Shown here: piece after piece, positions 18,279 through 26,572 of the stretch
Numbering within the stretch: the stretch's first letter is position 1
How the letters are laid out: every line of letters begins with the position of its first letter
Assembly: GCA_963798485.1 (NCBI GenBank)
Contig: CAWCTR010000004.1
Span: forward strand, 320,001-384,000
Length of the DNA: 64,000 bases
Direction: 5' to 3'
Source: an uncultured delta proteobacterium
Lineage (GTDB): Bacteria; Desulfobacterota; Desulfomonilia; UBA1062
The notes under the pieces: generated by a model
The model's database searches: none
The model's input: only the letters and a program-made list of their open reading frames with translations
Told to the model about the DNA's origin: nothing
Made by a program: the position numbers and the translations under genes

Positions 18279-19349
18279 CTACTTCATCCTCGGAAGCATC
18301 AGCTTGCCGGAATCAATGGTCTTGAAATGCTCCGTGAACCGGTAGCTCGATTTCATGCGTATGGCCTCTTTCGGGCAGATGGCCATGCAGTCGCCGCATG
18401 CCATGCAAGCGCTGTCCTCTTCTATCCTCATCGCAGGCTTCTTGTCCTTCATCTCTATGCAGGATGCAGGACAGATGCGTTCACAGGTTCCGCATCCGCT
18501 GCACTTGTCATAGTCGAAGGAGATTTCTCCCCAGTGGGTCTGCGAAGCCTTGTAATTCGGAACAGTGAACTTTTCCGAAAGGCTTATACTGGACCCGGTC
18601 GTGCTGGCGTCCCTGATGGTTGTCTTCCCGTTCTCTATCCAGGAGATACTATGCGTCGGCCGCTCCACGAACCCGTCAGGCTTTCCCATGGACCAGCCTA
18701 CCGCCAGGCTGGTGATGAACTTGTAGGGGTACTTGATGCCGAACACCTTGTTCCACTTGAAGCCGAGATAGTCGAAAGCCACGCTGGCGAAGCTCACCCA
18801 GCAGGTGGACAGACCCATGCTGTGGGCCGCCAGAACCATGTTCTGGCCCGCGATCCCGCAGTCGAGGTCCGGGTTGGACACCCCGCGCGTATCCTTGAAT
18901 ATGAGGATGGCAGTCGGCGCATCATGATACAGCTTCAGCTTCCCGTCCGCTATCAGGGAGATGGCGCTGAACGGCACGGGATGCAGCTTTTTCGGCATCA
19001 GATGGGTATAGAGCTTCGCTATGGGGAACTTCCAGAAATTCCCGGGCGTGCGGTATTCGAGGATCGCCTTGAACAGCTTGCAGATCATGACGACACTGTT
19101 CGTGAGGTCGCCGATGACCTGAGGATCCCTGATCACCACGAACTTCCACGGCTGGCAGTTCCCGGCTGACGGTGCGAACCGCCCGGCTTCCAGGATCCGA
19201 TTCACCATGAACTCAGGCACCTGATCCTTTTTGTACCAGCGAGTGCTTCTGCGGCTCAATATTATCTTTTCCGTCTCCGTGAAGTTCTCTTCCAGATTTT
19301 TCAGGAACTCCGCTTTGTCCTTTTTCACTTCTTTTATCTCCACTGCCAT
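18279..19349 (-). CDS. Nitroreductase-family flavoprotein with C-terminal 2x[4Fe-4S] ferredoxin domain
   Basis: RRSTRWY, APSAGNCQPW, QNMVLAAHSMGL; CSGCGTCERICP and CMACGDCMAICP. Confidence 0.88.
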   Translation of the reverse strand: MAVEIKEVKKDKAEFLKNLEENFTETEKIILSRRSTRWYKKDQVPEFMVNRILEAGRFAPSAGNCQPWKFVVIRDPQVIGDLTNSVVMICKLFKAILEYRTPGNFWKFPIAKLYTHLMPKKLHPVPFSAISLIADGKLKLYHDAPTAILIFKDTRGVSNPDLDCGIAGQNMVLAAHSMGLSTCWVSFASVAFDYLGFKWNKVFGIKYPYKFITSLAVGWSMGKPDGFVERPTHSISWIENGKTTIRDASTTGSSISLSEKFTVPNYKASQTHWGEISFDYDKCSGCGTCERICPASCIEMKDKKPAMRIEEDSACMACGDCMAICPKEAIRMKSSYRFTEHFKTIDSGKLMLPRMK

Positions 19350-19445
19350 ATGTCTATCCTTCCTTTCGCTTTTCATGCATCCCTGTTCAAGGGATGCGGC
19401 CGAATTCCCGGCCCTGCCGGAACCGGTTGATATCCATGATCCGCC

Positions 19446-20567
19446 TTATGCGATGAGTTCCTTTATGAACGCGAGCTTCTTGAGCGGCGCCAACCCAAGG
19501 AGGGCCTGCACCTGCCGGGCATCGCGGTAGCGCTTCTCCTGGCCGTAGTCCTTCATGTAGCCGTTGCCACCCAACAGCTGGACGCCATCGTTGACGAGCT
19601 CGCACGCTAGTTCGTGGACATGAAGGGCAGATGCCATACTAAACTGGCCCCAGTCCTTGATACCCTCCTCGACGGCCCGGCATCCCTGGGCAACGCAGAG
19701 ATCCCCCACCTTTGTCTTGACCGCCATATTGGCCAGGATCATCCTGGTCTCTGACCAGTTGATGATCTCGCGGCCGCCCTGGAAGCGCTCCTTGGCGTAG
19801 GCCAGGGCCTCATTGAACGACCCCTTCATGATGCCTGCTGACATGGCTGCAGCAGCCATGTGCAGTTTCTTTGAGGCTGCCTCGAAATAGGCATTCCCTT
19901 TGCCTTCCTCGCCGAGGAGAAAAGCCTGTGCCTTGTCGAAAGTAACGTCGAGGGCAGGGCATGCGTGCAGACCGAGGCTGAAGATGGGGTCGCTCTTGTT
20001 CACGCCCGGCTCGGACAGGTCCACCAGGAAAAAGGTGTATCCATCGGTGTTGCTGATACGTGCCGGTATGAGGGACATGGAGGCGATAGTGCCCAGCACG
20101 AGGTACTCGAGTTTGCCGGAAAGGGAATAGACCTTTCCTGTGCGCTTTGCGCTCGGCAGGATCGAGGCCTGGCCAGGGTTGCTAAAGGTGGGGAAGGCGA
20201 CGAGGAACTCGGAAGCGACTTTGGAGTTGGGGAAGACCTTCTTGAGAAGGGTTTCATCCTTGGATTGGAGCATGATCTCCTGGGAGAGCGCATTGGTGAA
20301 GATGATACCGCCCAGCGAGCTGTCCACCTGGCAGATGTGGTCGAGCACCGTGCACAGGGTGCTGATCCCCTGGCCGATACCGCCAAAGTCCTCGGGCAGG
20401 GTTATGCCGAGCAGCCCCACCTCGTAGGCCTTGTCGAGCACCCCGTTGAAAAACTCAACGAAGGGGTAGCGGTCGTGTTCCTCGACATTCTTCTTGAGCT
20501 CCTTGGCTGCAAACGATATGGCTAATTCCTCGAACGGTTTCAGATCCGGATTGAATTCGGTTATCAT
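19446..20567 (-). CDS. Acyl-CoA dehydrogenase family (degenerate, probably non-catalytic subunit)
   Basis: LPEDFGGIG, YAKERFQGG, VQLLGGNGYMKDYGQEKRYRDAR. The IYEG motif is replaced by ALLG. Confidence 0.85.
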   Translation of the reverse strand: MITEFNPDLKPFEELAISFAAKELKKNVEEHDRYPFVEFFNGVLDKAYEVGLLGITLPEDFGGIGQGISTLCTVLDHICQVDSSLGGIIFTNALSQEIMLQSKDETLLKKVFPNSKVASEFLVAFPTFSNPGQASILPSAKRTGKVYSLSGKLEYLVLGTIASMSLIPARISNTDGYTFFLVDLSEPGVNKSDPIFSLGLHACPALDVTFDKAQAFLLGEEGKGNAYFEAASKKLHMAAAAMSAGIMKGSFNEALAYAKERFQGGREIINWSETRMILANMAVKTKVGDLCVAQGCRAVEEGIKDWGQFSMASALHVHELACELVNDGVQLLGGNGYMKDYGQEKRYRDARQVQALLGLAPLKKLAFIKELIA

Positions 20568-20581
20568 GGCTTCCTCCTCTC

Positions 20582-22087
20582 TTATTCTTCAAAGACTTTG
20601 GCCTGCGGGCATGCAGGGGCTATGAGGGACTTGAACAGATTGAGCCGGTTGAGCTGGTTGGTTCCCTCGTAAATCTGGAGGAGCTTGGCGTCACGCAAGA
20701 TCTTCTCCACGCCGTTCTCGTGCCTGAGGCCTTCCTGGCCCATGAGCTCGAGGGCCATCTGGCAGTTCCTGACGCCGAAGTCCGTGCCGCTGAACTTGGC
20801 CAGAGAGCCCAGGCCGGTGCAGCAGTGCTGGTCCTTGGGCTTCTGCCAGTCCAGGTACCACTTGCTCAGGAGCCATGTGGCAAAGCCCTTGTCGAGCAGG
20901 GGGGAGATAACCTTGTCGAAGTATGCCTTGGGGAGATACTTCAGGTAGTAGTATATGGGCTTCATCTGGAGGATGTTGTACACCCCGCGATGGCTGTTGG
21001 CGTAGTTGGCCTCGACATAGGCGAGCCTGCCGAGCCTGACGTTCTTGTACATCTCTGCCAGCATGCACTGGACCCACTCGCTGTTGATCATGGGCTTGCC
21101 GTCGAGCTCGGTCTCGTTCGCAAACTTGAGCGCCGCCTCAAAGGCCCCGCGTGCAGCCGACGTACCGAAAGCACCTACTGCCGGGCGGGTAATGGAAACG
21201 ATGTAGTCGATGTGGCGCATGGTGATGTCACGGACAGGCTGTCTTGAGAATTTCCTCACCTTTTCAGGGTCAAACATCACAAGCTCATCCGGGACAAAGC
21301 AGTCTTCGAAATTCAGCACGCTGGCCGGGCAGATCCTCTGGCCCATCTTGTTCTCGTGCGTGCCGAAGGTAAAGCCCTTCATGCCCTCCTTGACCATCAT
21401 GACCACGGTGGACTCGGAGGCCTTTTTCAGATCCGTATACCCATAGAGCACGGTCCATTTGGAGAGATGACCCATGGAGATGAAGATCTTGCTGCCGTTG
21501 ACGATGTAGCCGCCTTGGACTTTCTTGGCGTGGCAGGTGATCTTGCCCTGGTCCTCCAGGTCCACCTCCTCCACGTCAGTTCCTGCTGTGGGCTCGGTGA
21601 TGGCAAGCGCGATGATGCATGGATCACCTGTCTTCTCGCCTTGAGCCACCTCGCCCATCACCTTCTTGATGACCTTGGCGTTGCCTGCCATCATGAGGCC
21701 TGAGACACCGAGGTAGTGCACACACAAAACATTCGCAATACCGAGACAGACGGATCCGATTTCCTCGACAAAATACGACAGAGACGGCATATTGTATCCC
21801 TTACCCCCGAAGATCTTCGGAACCCACATGGTGTAGAAGCCCCATTCGTTGGCCTTCTTCACCAGGTCCCAGGGAAAATAGTTGGGATCTTCATGGGTCT
21901 TCCGGTCGAGCTCGAGATATAAAGGCCGTGCCACCTCGTCATTAAACTTCCGTGCAATAGCGACGACTTCCTGGGTCTCCTTGACCATGGCCTTGGGCAT
22001 CCGTGGTGCGTAATGGAGAGAAAGGGTTGCATCCTCGAACTCGGGATACCGTGAGATGAATGATTTCACCTGAGAGCGTGTTAACAT
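20582..22087 (-). CDS. Acyl-CoA dehydrogenase family
   Basis: AITEPTAGTD, NGSKIFIS, KMGQR, EKILRDAKLLQIYEGTNQ. Confidence 0.9.
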   Translation of the reverse strand: MLTRSQVKSFISRYPEFEDATLSLHYAPRMPKAMVKETQEVVAIARKFNDEVARPLYLELDRKTHEDPNYFPWDLVKKANEWGFYTMWVPKIFGGKGYNMPSLSYFVEEIGSVCLGIANVLCVHYLGVSGLMMAGNAKVIKKVMGEVAQGEKTGDPCIIALAITEPTAGTDVEEVDLEDQGKITCHAKKVQGGYIVNGSKIFISMGHLSKWTVLYGYTDLKKASESTVVMMVKEGMKGFTFGTHENKMGQRICPASVLNFEDCFVPDELVMFDPEKVRKFSRQPVRDITMRHIDYIVSITRPAVGAFGTSAARGAFEAALKFANETELDGKPMINSEWVQCMLAEMYKNVRLGRLAYVEANYANSHRGVYNILQMKPIYYYLKYLPKAYFDKVISPLLDKGFATWLLSKWYLDWQKPKDQHCCTGLGSLAKFSGTDFGVRNCQMALELMGQEGLRHENGVEKILRDAKLLQIYEGTNQLNRLNLFKSLIAPACPQAKVFEE

Positions 22088-22215
22088 AGAGCCTCCTTTT
22101 TGTTGGTATGTCTCATGATGCTAAAACATGTCCTGTCCCTAGGATTGAATAACAGAGCAATTTGGTCGAAATGCCTTAAGGGCATTGTATATCCTTTCAT
22201 GTGATCAATTCCCCC

Positions 22216-23043
22216 TTAAATCCCCAGTATCTTATCCAGGATGCCTCGTGAGTACAGGAATGCATTGACATTGTAGTATGTGTTCGGTGTCATTCTCTTT
22301 AAGAACCAGAAGAGCTTGGAATCCGGCTGGGGAAGCACGTACAGCTTGTTCTTCTTAATGGCTTTTAAGGTCGCTCTGCTGATACTCTCGACCGTGCCGA
22401 ATGCGAATTTATCGAAAAAGGCATCAGCCATCTTGCGCTGATGCTCATCCGTGACACGTACCTGGTCCATAAGGTTAGTCTTGAAGAAGGTCGGGCACAC
22501 GACCGTGACCCCGATATTGCTTCCGCAGACCTCCCCTCGGAGGGTCTCTGAGAGCGAGATGACCCCGGCCTTTGTCACATTGTAGGGTGACATCTCGGGT
22601 AATGAGCAGATCCCGGCTGACGAGGCCACGTTCACGATGTGCCCCCATCCCTGCTTCTTGAAGGTGGGGATAAAGGTCCTGCACCCGTAGATGACGCTCA
22701 TGAGCATGATGTCGATCTCGAATTTCCAGTCTTCCAGGGGGATCTTTTCCATGAACCCTACGACCGGTACACCTGCGTTGTTGATGATGATATCCACAGT
22801 GCCCCATTTGGAAATTACGGCATCAGCCAGTCCCTGCACCTCTTCGGGCCTGGTGACATCGCACTTGACCACAAGACCCTGGCCATTCCCGTTCATGAGC
22901 CGCACCGTCTCCTCGGCCCTGGCCAAATTGATGTCACTTACTGCCACCTTCCAGCCGAGCTTGGCAAAATCAAGTGCAAGCCCGCGGCCGAACCCGCTGC
23001 CCGCGCCGGTTATCACGACTGTTTTCGTTTTGAATCGGTCCAT
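22216..23043 (-). CDS. Short-chain dehydrogenase/reductase
   Basis: TGAGSGFG, NNAG, YNVTK. Confidence 0.9.
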   Translation of the reverse strand: MDRFKTKTVVITGAGSGFGRGLALDFAKLGWKVAVSDINLARAEETVRLMNGNGQGLVVKCDVTRPEEVQGLADAVISKWGTVDIIINNAGVPVVGFMEKIPLEDWKFEIDIMLMSVIYGCRTFIPTFKKQGWGHIVNVASSAGICSLPEMSPYNVTKAGVISLSETLRGEVCGSNIGVTVVCPTFFKTNLMDQVRVTDEHQRKMADAFFDKFAFGTVESISRATLKAIKKNKLYVLPQPDSKLFWFLKRMTPNTYYNVNAFLYSRGILDKILGI

Positions 23044-23167
23044 GAAACACTCCTTTTTCGGTCTGATCTGCAATACAATGCTCTTTTATTGTTACCTAAA
23101 AATGATCCGGTGACGCCGGAGGGCTGCCACCGGATCAAAGAGGGTATTAATAGTGGGGTTATTCTCT

Positions 23168-24430
23168 TCATTTATTGTCCATCCGTTCAAGGATGTGGAT
23201 AGTCATGGATGCCTCTTCAAAGGCTATGTTCCCGCCGCCATTTTCCCCGAGTGCAACCCTGCACCCTTGAACCTGCCTGGGGCCTGCCTCATGCCTGAGC
23301 TGCGTGACCAGCTCGTGAATCATGCCGAGCCCTGAAGCACCCACCGGGTGCCCGCGCGATTCGAGCCCGCCCGAGGTGTTCATGGGTATCTTCCCGCCCA
23401 GTTTCGTGGCACCGCTCTCTGCAAAGGGTCCGCCTTCTCCGAACTTACAGAAGCCAAGTGACTCGCACTGGTGCAGCTCACCGAACGAGGTGGCGTCATG
23501 GACCTCTGCCACGTTGATATCCTCAGGCCCGACCCCGGCGATGTCATATGCCTGCAGGGAGAGCCGAACCGCGATATCCAGATCCACCTGGTCATGTCTC
23601 CGATTGGTGCCCGACCCCAGCACCGATGCCAGGATCTTCACCGGACGGGCCGACTTAAGCTTCTTCAGGAAATCCCCCGAGCATACGATGGCTGCAGCTG
23701 CGCCGTCACCCACCGGAGCGCACATGGGCACGGTCAGCGGCCAGATGACAGGCCGGCCCTGCAGAATCTCGTCCACGGTCATGGTGTTCTGGAACTGGGC
23801 GTTGGGATTCATTGAGCTGTGGAAGTGATTCTTTGAAGCAATAACTGCCAGCTGGCGCTGGGTAGTTCCGAAGGTTGCCATATGCCACCTGAGCATATTG
23901 GCATACACGTCCATGAAGGCGCTCCTGGTCTGTCCGGCACCGGCCCCGCCGTCATCGACCGGGATATCCAGCTTCACACCATCCATGATGCCCCTCAAGG
24001 CCTTCATGTGTTCTTTCATGTTGGAGACATCTATCCCGGCATTGAAGGCCATCATGGTCTTTGCCTTGTCCTCGTTGTGGAGCTTCTCCATACCGATGGC
24101 CAGAGAGCATTCGTACATGCCGCTGGCAACATCCTTATATGCGCAGTGGAGTGCTGTGGAGGCACAGGCGCAGGCATTCTCCACATTGGTGATGGGGATA
24201 CCCTCGATCCCCAGTGGCCGGAGCGCCACCTGTCCCTTGATGGAATGCTGCATGTTGAAGAACCCCCAGGCCGTATTGGAAAAGAACACAGACTGGATAT
24301 CTGTGATCTTGACCTCAGGGGTGTCATCCATGGTTTTGGCAAATGCCTCAGCGACAAGTTCCTTTTCCGTGCGGTCCAGGTGCTTGCCGAAACGGGTCAT
24401 ACCCACTGCAATAATATATGCATCACGCAT
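23168..24430 (-). CDS. Thiolase family (SCP-x/SCP2-type)
   Basis: VENACACASTA, DGAAA, AEVHDAT, GHPVGASG; AAGGAG RBS. Confidence 0.9.
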   Translation of the reverse strand: MRDAYIIAVGMTRFGKHLDRTEKELVAEAFAKTMDDTPEVKITDIQSVFFSNTAWGFFNMQHSIKGQVALRPLGIEGIPITNVENACACASTALHCAYKDVASGMYECSLAIGMEKLHNEDKAKTMMAFNAGIDVSNMKEHMKALRGIMDGVKLDIPVDDGGAGAGQTRSAFMDVYANMLRWHMATFGTTQRQLAVIASKNHFHSSMNPNAQFQNTMTVDEILQGRPVIWPLTVPMCAPVGDGAAAAIVCSGDFLKKLKSARPVKILASVLGSGTNRRHDQVDLDIAVRLSLQAYDIAGVGPEDINVAEVHDATSFGELHQCESLGFCKFGEGGPFAESGATKLGGKIPMNTSGGLESRGHPVGASGLGMIHELVTQLRHEAGPRQVQGCRVALGENGGGNIAFEEASMTIHILERMDNK

Positions 24431-24457
24431 CCGATAACTCCTTTCATGATTTTTGCT

Positions 24458-24592
24458 TCAGCCTGCAATACCTGCTATACGGTCTTCCCAGTAGCGCTCA
24501 AACCGGCGGCACTCGGATTTGATTCTCGACAACCCGTACACGCCTTGTCTCATGAGGCCTTCGATAATCTCTCTGCGACTCAATTTGAACAT
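24458..24592 (-). CDS. Unannotated 44-aa protein MFKLSRREIIEGLMRQGVYGLSRIKSECRRFERYWEDRIAGIAG
   Basis: GGAGAGGA RBS; fills the space between the sigma-54 promoter and the thiolase RBS. Confidence 0.55.
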   Translation of the reverse strand: MFKLSRREIIEGLMRQGVYGLSRIKSECRRFERYWEDRIAGIAG

Positions 24593-24644
24593 CTCAGTCC
24601 TCTCCGGCTTCCCGTAAGCTCCTTTCTCATTGTGCCTTCAAATG

Positions 24645-24660
24645 AGCAAGGAGCATGCCA
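24645..24660 (-). promoter_or_regulatory. Sigma-54 (-24/-12) promoter of the thiolase-ACAD-ligase operon
   Basis: TGGCATGCTCCTTGCT matches TGGCAY-N5-TTGC. Confidence 0.8.
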
Positions 24661-24729
24661 TGATAATCATCATCCTAACTAACTGTTAAATAAGGTTATT
24701 ATTTATCAGTGGCTTGATTGTGTTTTTAT

Positions 24730-24759
24730 TAAGACATACTTTGACTGCAATCAGTCATT
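24730..24759. promoter_or_regulatory. Candidate enhancer (UAS) copy 1
   Basis: TAAGACAtactttGACTGcAaTCAGtCATT, containing the palindrome TGACTG-N4-CAGTCA; AAGACA lies 71 bp upstream of the -24 box. Confidence 0.6.
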
Positions 24760-24849
24760 CTTGATGTTACTATCTGCCAATCATTAGAATGAATGAAATG
24801 CATCCGCTTACTCTTACTCACTCTCGGATTCAAGGAAGATCATGACAGC

Positions 24850-24889
24850 AAAAAGGGGGCGATCCCTCTTGAAAAAGGATTGCCCCCTT
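24850..24889 (-). terminator. Intrinsic terminator
   Basis: GC-rich stem AAGGGGGCGATCC...GGATTGCCCCCTT with a short U-tract on the minus strand, just after the 24908 stop. Confidence 0.7.
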
Positions 24890-24907
24890 ATGTGGTTATG
24901 AAATCAG

Positions 24908-25645
24908 TTACATCTCAGCAAGGAGCCGTTTTGCCCAGTCTGCCCAGTACTTGTCGCTGGAGGTTTCCGCCTTCTGGAGAAGGACCTTTGCCTCATCCTT
25001 GCCGCCCGTCTTTATGAGGGTCTCGGCCAGGAATACCTGACCCTCGGCGTTATTAGGGAATAACTTCTGGTATTCCCTGAGATAATTCAAAGACAATTTC
25101 TTATCCTGCATAGGCCAGGGCAGCACGAACCAGAAGCGGCCCAAGGCCTTGATGGGACCGCCATCCTCATACATCTTGTTGATCTTGTATGCCGCTTCAA
25201 AGCTGGTCTGGGTCTTGCCCTTGAGCCCTTCCTTCAGGGCGGTAAGGATGCTGACGCCGTCCGAGTAATTGCCTACCGAACATCCATACCAGTGATTACC
25301 TTCTACGCCATTCGGATTCAGGGCAATGGCCTTTTCCCCATATTTCATGCCGAGTTTTCCATATTCCTTGCAGGTGGTCTTCCAATTTGGGGCATTATTC
25401 TTTTTTGATTTGTCGGCAAATTCCCTGTATGAGCGTGCTGCCTTCCAGGCTGCTTCATAACTGCCGGGCGTTGCCTCGAGTGCCTTTACAAACATATCTC
25501 CTGAGGCTTTGAAGCTTTCATAACTGGTCGCTTTACCCTTGTCGTAAAGGGCATTCCCCTGGGCCATGAAATCTTCGGCCAGTAGGGCCATGGGAAGAAC
25601 CAGCCAAACACACAGGCACAGCCCGATCGTGAAAACTCTCTTCAT
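24908..25645 (-). CDS. Exported all-helical TPR-like protein
   Basis: Signal peptide ending ALLA-E; helical repeats (YEAAWKAAR, KAIALNPNGVEG, PNNAEGQVFLAE). Confidence 0.75.
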   Translation of the reverse strand: MKRVFTIGLCLCVWLVLPMALLAEDFMAQGNALYDKGKATSYESFKASGDMFVKALEATPGSYEAAWKAARSYREFADKSKKNNAPNWKTTCKEYGKLGMKYGEKAIALNPNGVEGNHWYGCSVGNYSDGVSILTALKEGLKGKTQTSFEAAYKINKMYEDGGPIKALGRFWFVLPWPMQDKKLSLNYLREYQKLFPNNAEGQVFLAETLIKTGGKDEAKVLLQKAETSSDKYWADWAKRLLAEM

Positions 25646-25721
25646 GTCATTTTCTCCTTTATGTCATTCATTTTAATGTGTGAGCGCATCATTCACCAAT
25701 CATTGCTCTTGCCCCGGGATG

Positions 25722-25982
25722 TCATGCCTGCGCGTTTACGCGTTTCCTTGAGATCACAAGGAACATGATCGCGGCTATGAGGAGCTTGCTGCCCCAGAGC
25801 AGAGAGAAAATCGATCCAACAAGCCGCAAAGTAATCTTCACCCCGATAAGGCCCAGCAGGACGATCCCTGAAGCCTTCACCCACTGCCTGACAGGCGAAA
25901 GCCTGTGTAACAGCTCTTTCCTGACCTCCAGGAGTTCCCGGACAGTCTCGTCGATCTCACGGCTCAGCTTTTTTTCAGCCAT
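25722..25982 (-). CDS. Small membrane protein (N-terminal coiled coil + hydrophobic C-terminus)
   Basis: AGGAGG RBS, MAEKKLSREIDE...; overlaps the end of the upstream gene. Confidence 0.65.
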   Translation of the reverse strand: MAEKKLSREIDETVRELLEVRKELLHRLSPVRQWVKASGIVLLGLIGVKITLRLVGSIFSLLWGSKLLIAAIMFLVISRKRVNAQA

Positions 25983-26347
25983 CGCATGTCCTCCTGAATG
26001 CAGCGTAGGTGTTTCCGCGCCTCTCCGGCCCCCTTCTTCGCCATCAGAAGTGCCGTGCCGCCAAAAAGCAAGCCTGTCAGCATGAGAGAAGCGGTCATAA
26101 TGAGCGCAGATATCCACGGCAGAAACCACGTGTTCAGCAGGAGCACAATGGTCACCAGGGCAAAGACACCGGCCAGCGCCATGAGCACAAGGCATGCACC
26201 TCCCAGGGCAAGCACCGGAAGCCCGGTCTTCAGGGCACCATTACCCACCTCTTTCACATAACCCTTTTCCTGCTTCAGAAATCTCCTGACCAGGCTCACA
26301 AAGCGCCCAATCAAGCTGAATATTGACTCTCCTTCGAAGTTACCCAT
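25964..26347 (-). CDS. Holin-like/YqjE-type two-TM membrane protein
   Basis: GGAGG RBS; N-terminal amphipathic helix (SIFSLIGRFVSLVRRFLKQE), two TM helices, C-terminal IQEDMRWLK typical of the Phage_holin_3_6 family. Confidence 0.7.
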   Translation of the reverse strand: MGNFEGESIFSLIGRFVSLVRRFLKQEKGYVKEVGNGALKTGLPVLALGGACLVLMALAGVFALVTIVLLLNTWFLPWISALIMTASLMLTGLLFGGTALLMAKKGAGEARKHLRCIQEDMRWLKKS

Positions 26348-26396
26348 GACGGAACCCTCCTTCTGAAAAGAATACAGACCAAAGCACACTATCAAC

Positions 26397-26440
26397 AGCA
26401 AGGAATGTGCCAGACAAAATCTCTTTTCAACTACTTGATA
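26397..26440 (-). promoter_or_regulatory. Sigma-54 promoter plus IHF site
   Basis: TGGCACATTCCTTGCT (26412-26397); TATCAAGTAGTTG (26440-26428) fits WATCAANNNNTTR. Confidence 0.8.
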
Positions 26441-26481
26441 TCAAATATATCATTTTTACATTGCGCATGTATTGATTTTAA

Positions 26482-26511
26482 TAAGACACCTATAGACTGT
26501 ATTCAGACATT
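26482..26511. promoter_or_regulatory. Candidate enhancer (UAS) copy 2
   Basis: TAAGACAcctataGACTGtAtTCAGaCATT; AAGACA lies 71 bp upstream of the -24 box. Confidence 0.6.
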
Positions 26512-26572
26512 AAGCTTATTGATTATATCTGAAAATATGTTATTTTTATGATCATCTGTTGCGAGGTGAACG

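Noticed and set aside
23103-23137. Intergenic hairpin TGATCCGGTG...CACCGGATCA as an ncRNA
   Set aside because: More simply an intra-operon stability or partial-termination stem; no other support.
25964-26347. Prophage lysis gene
   Set aside because: Holin-like family only; no endolysin or other phage genes, and it sits under a host sigma-54 promoter.
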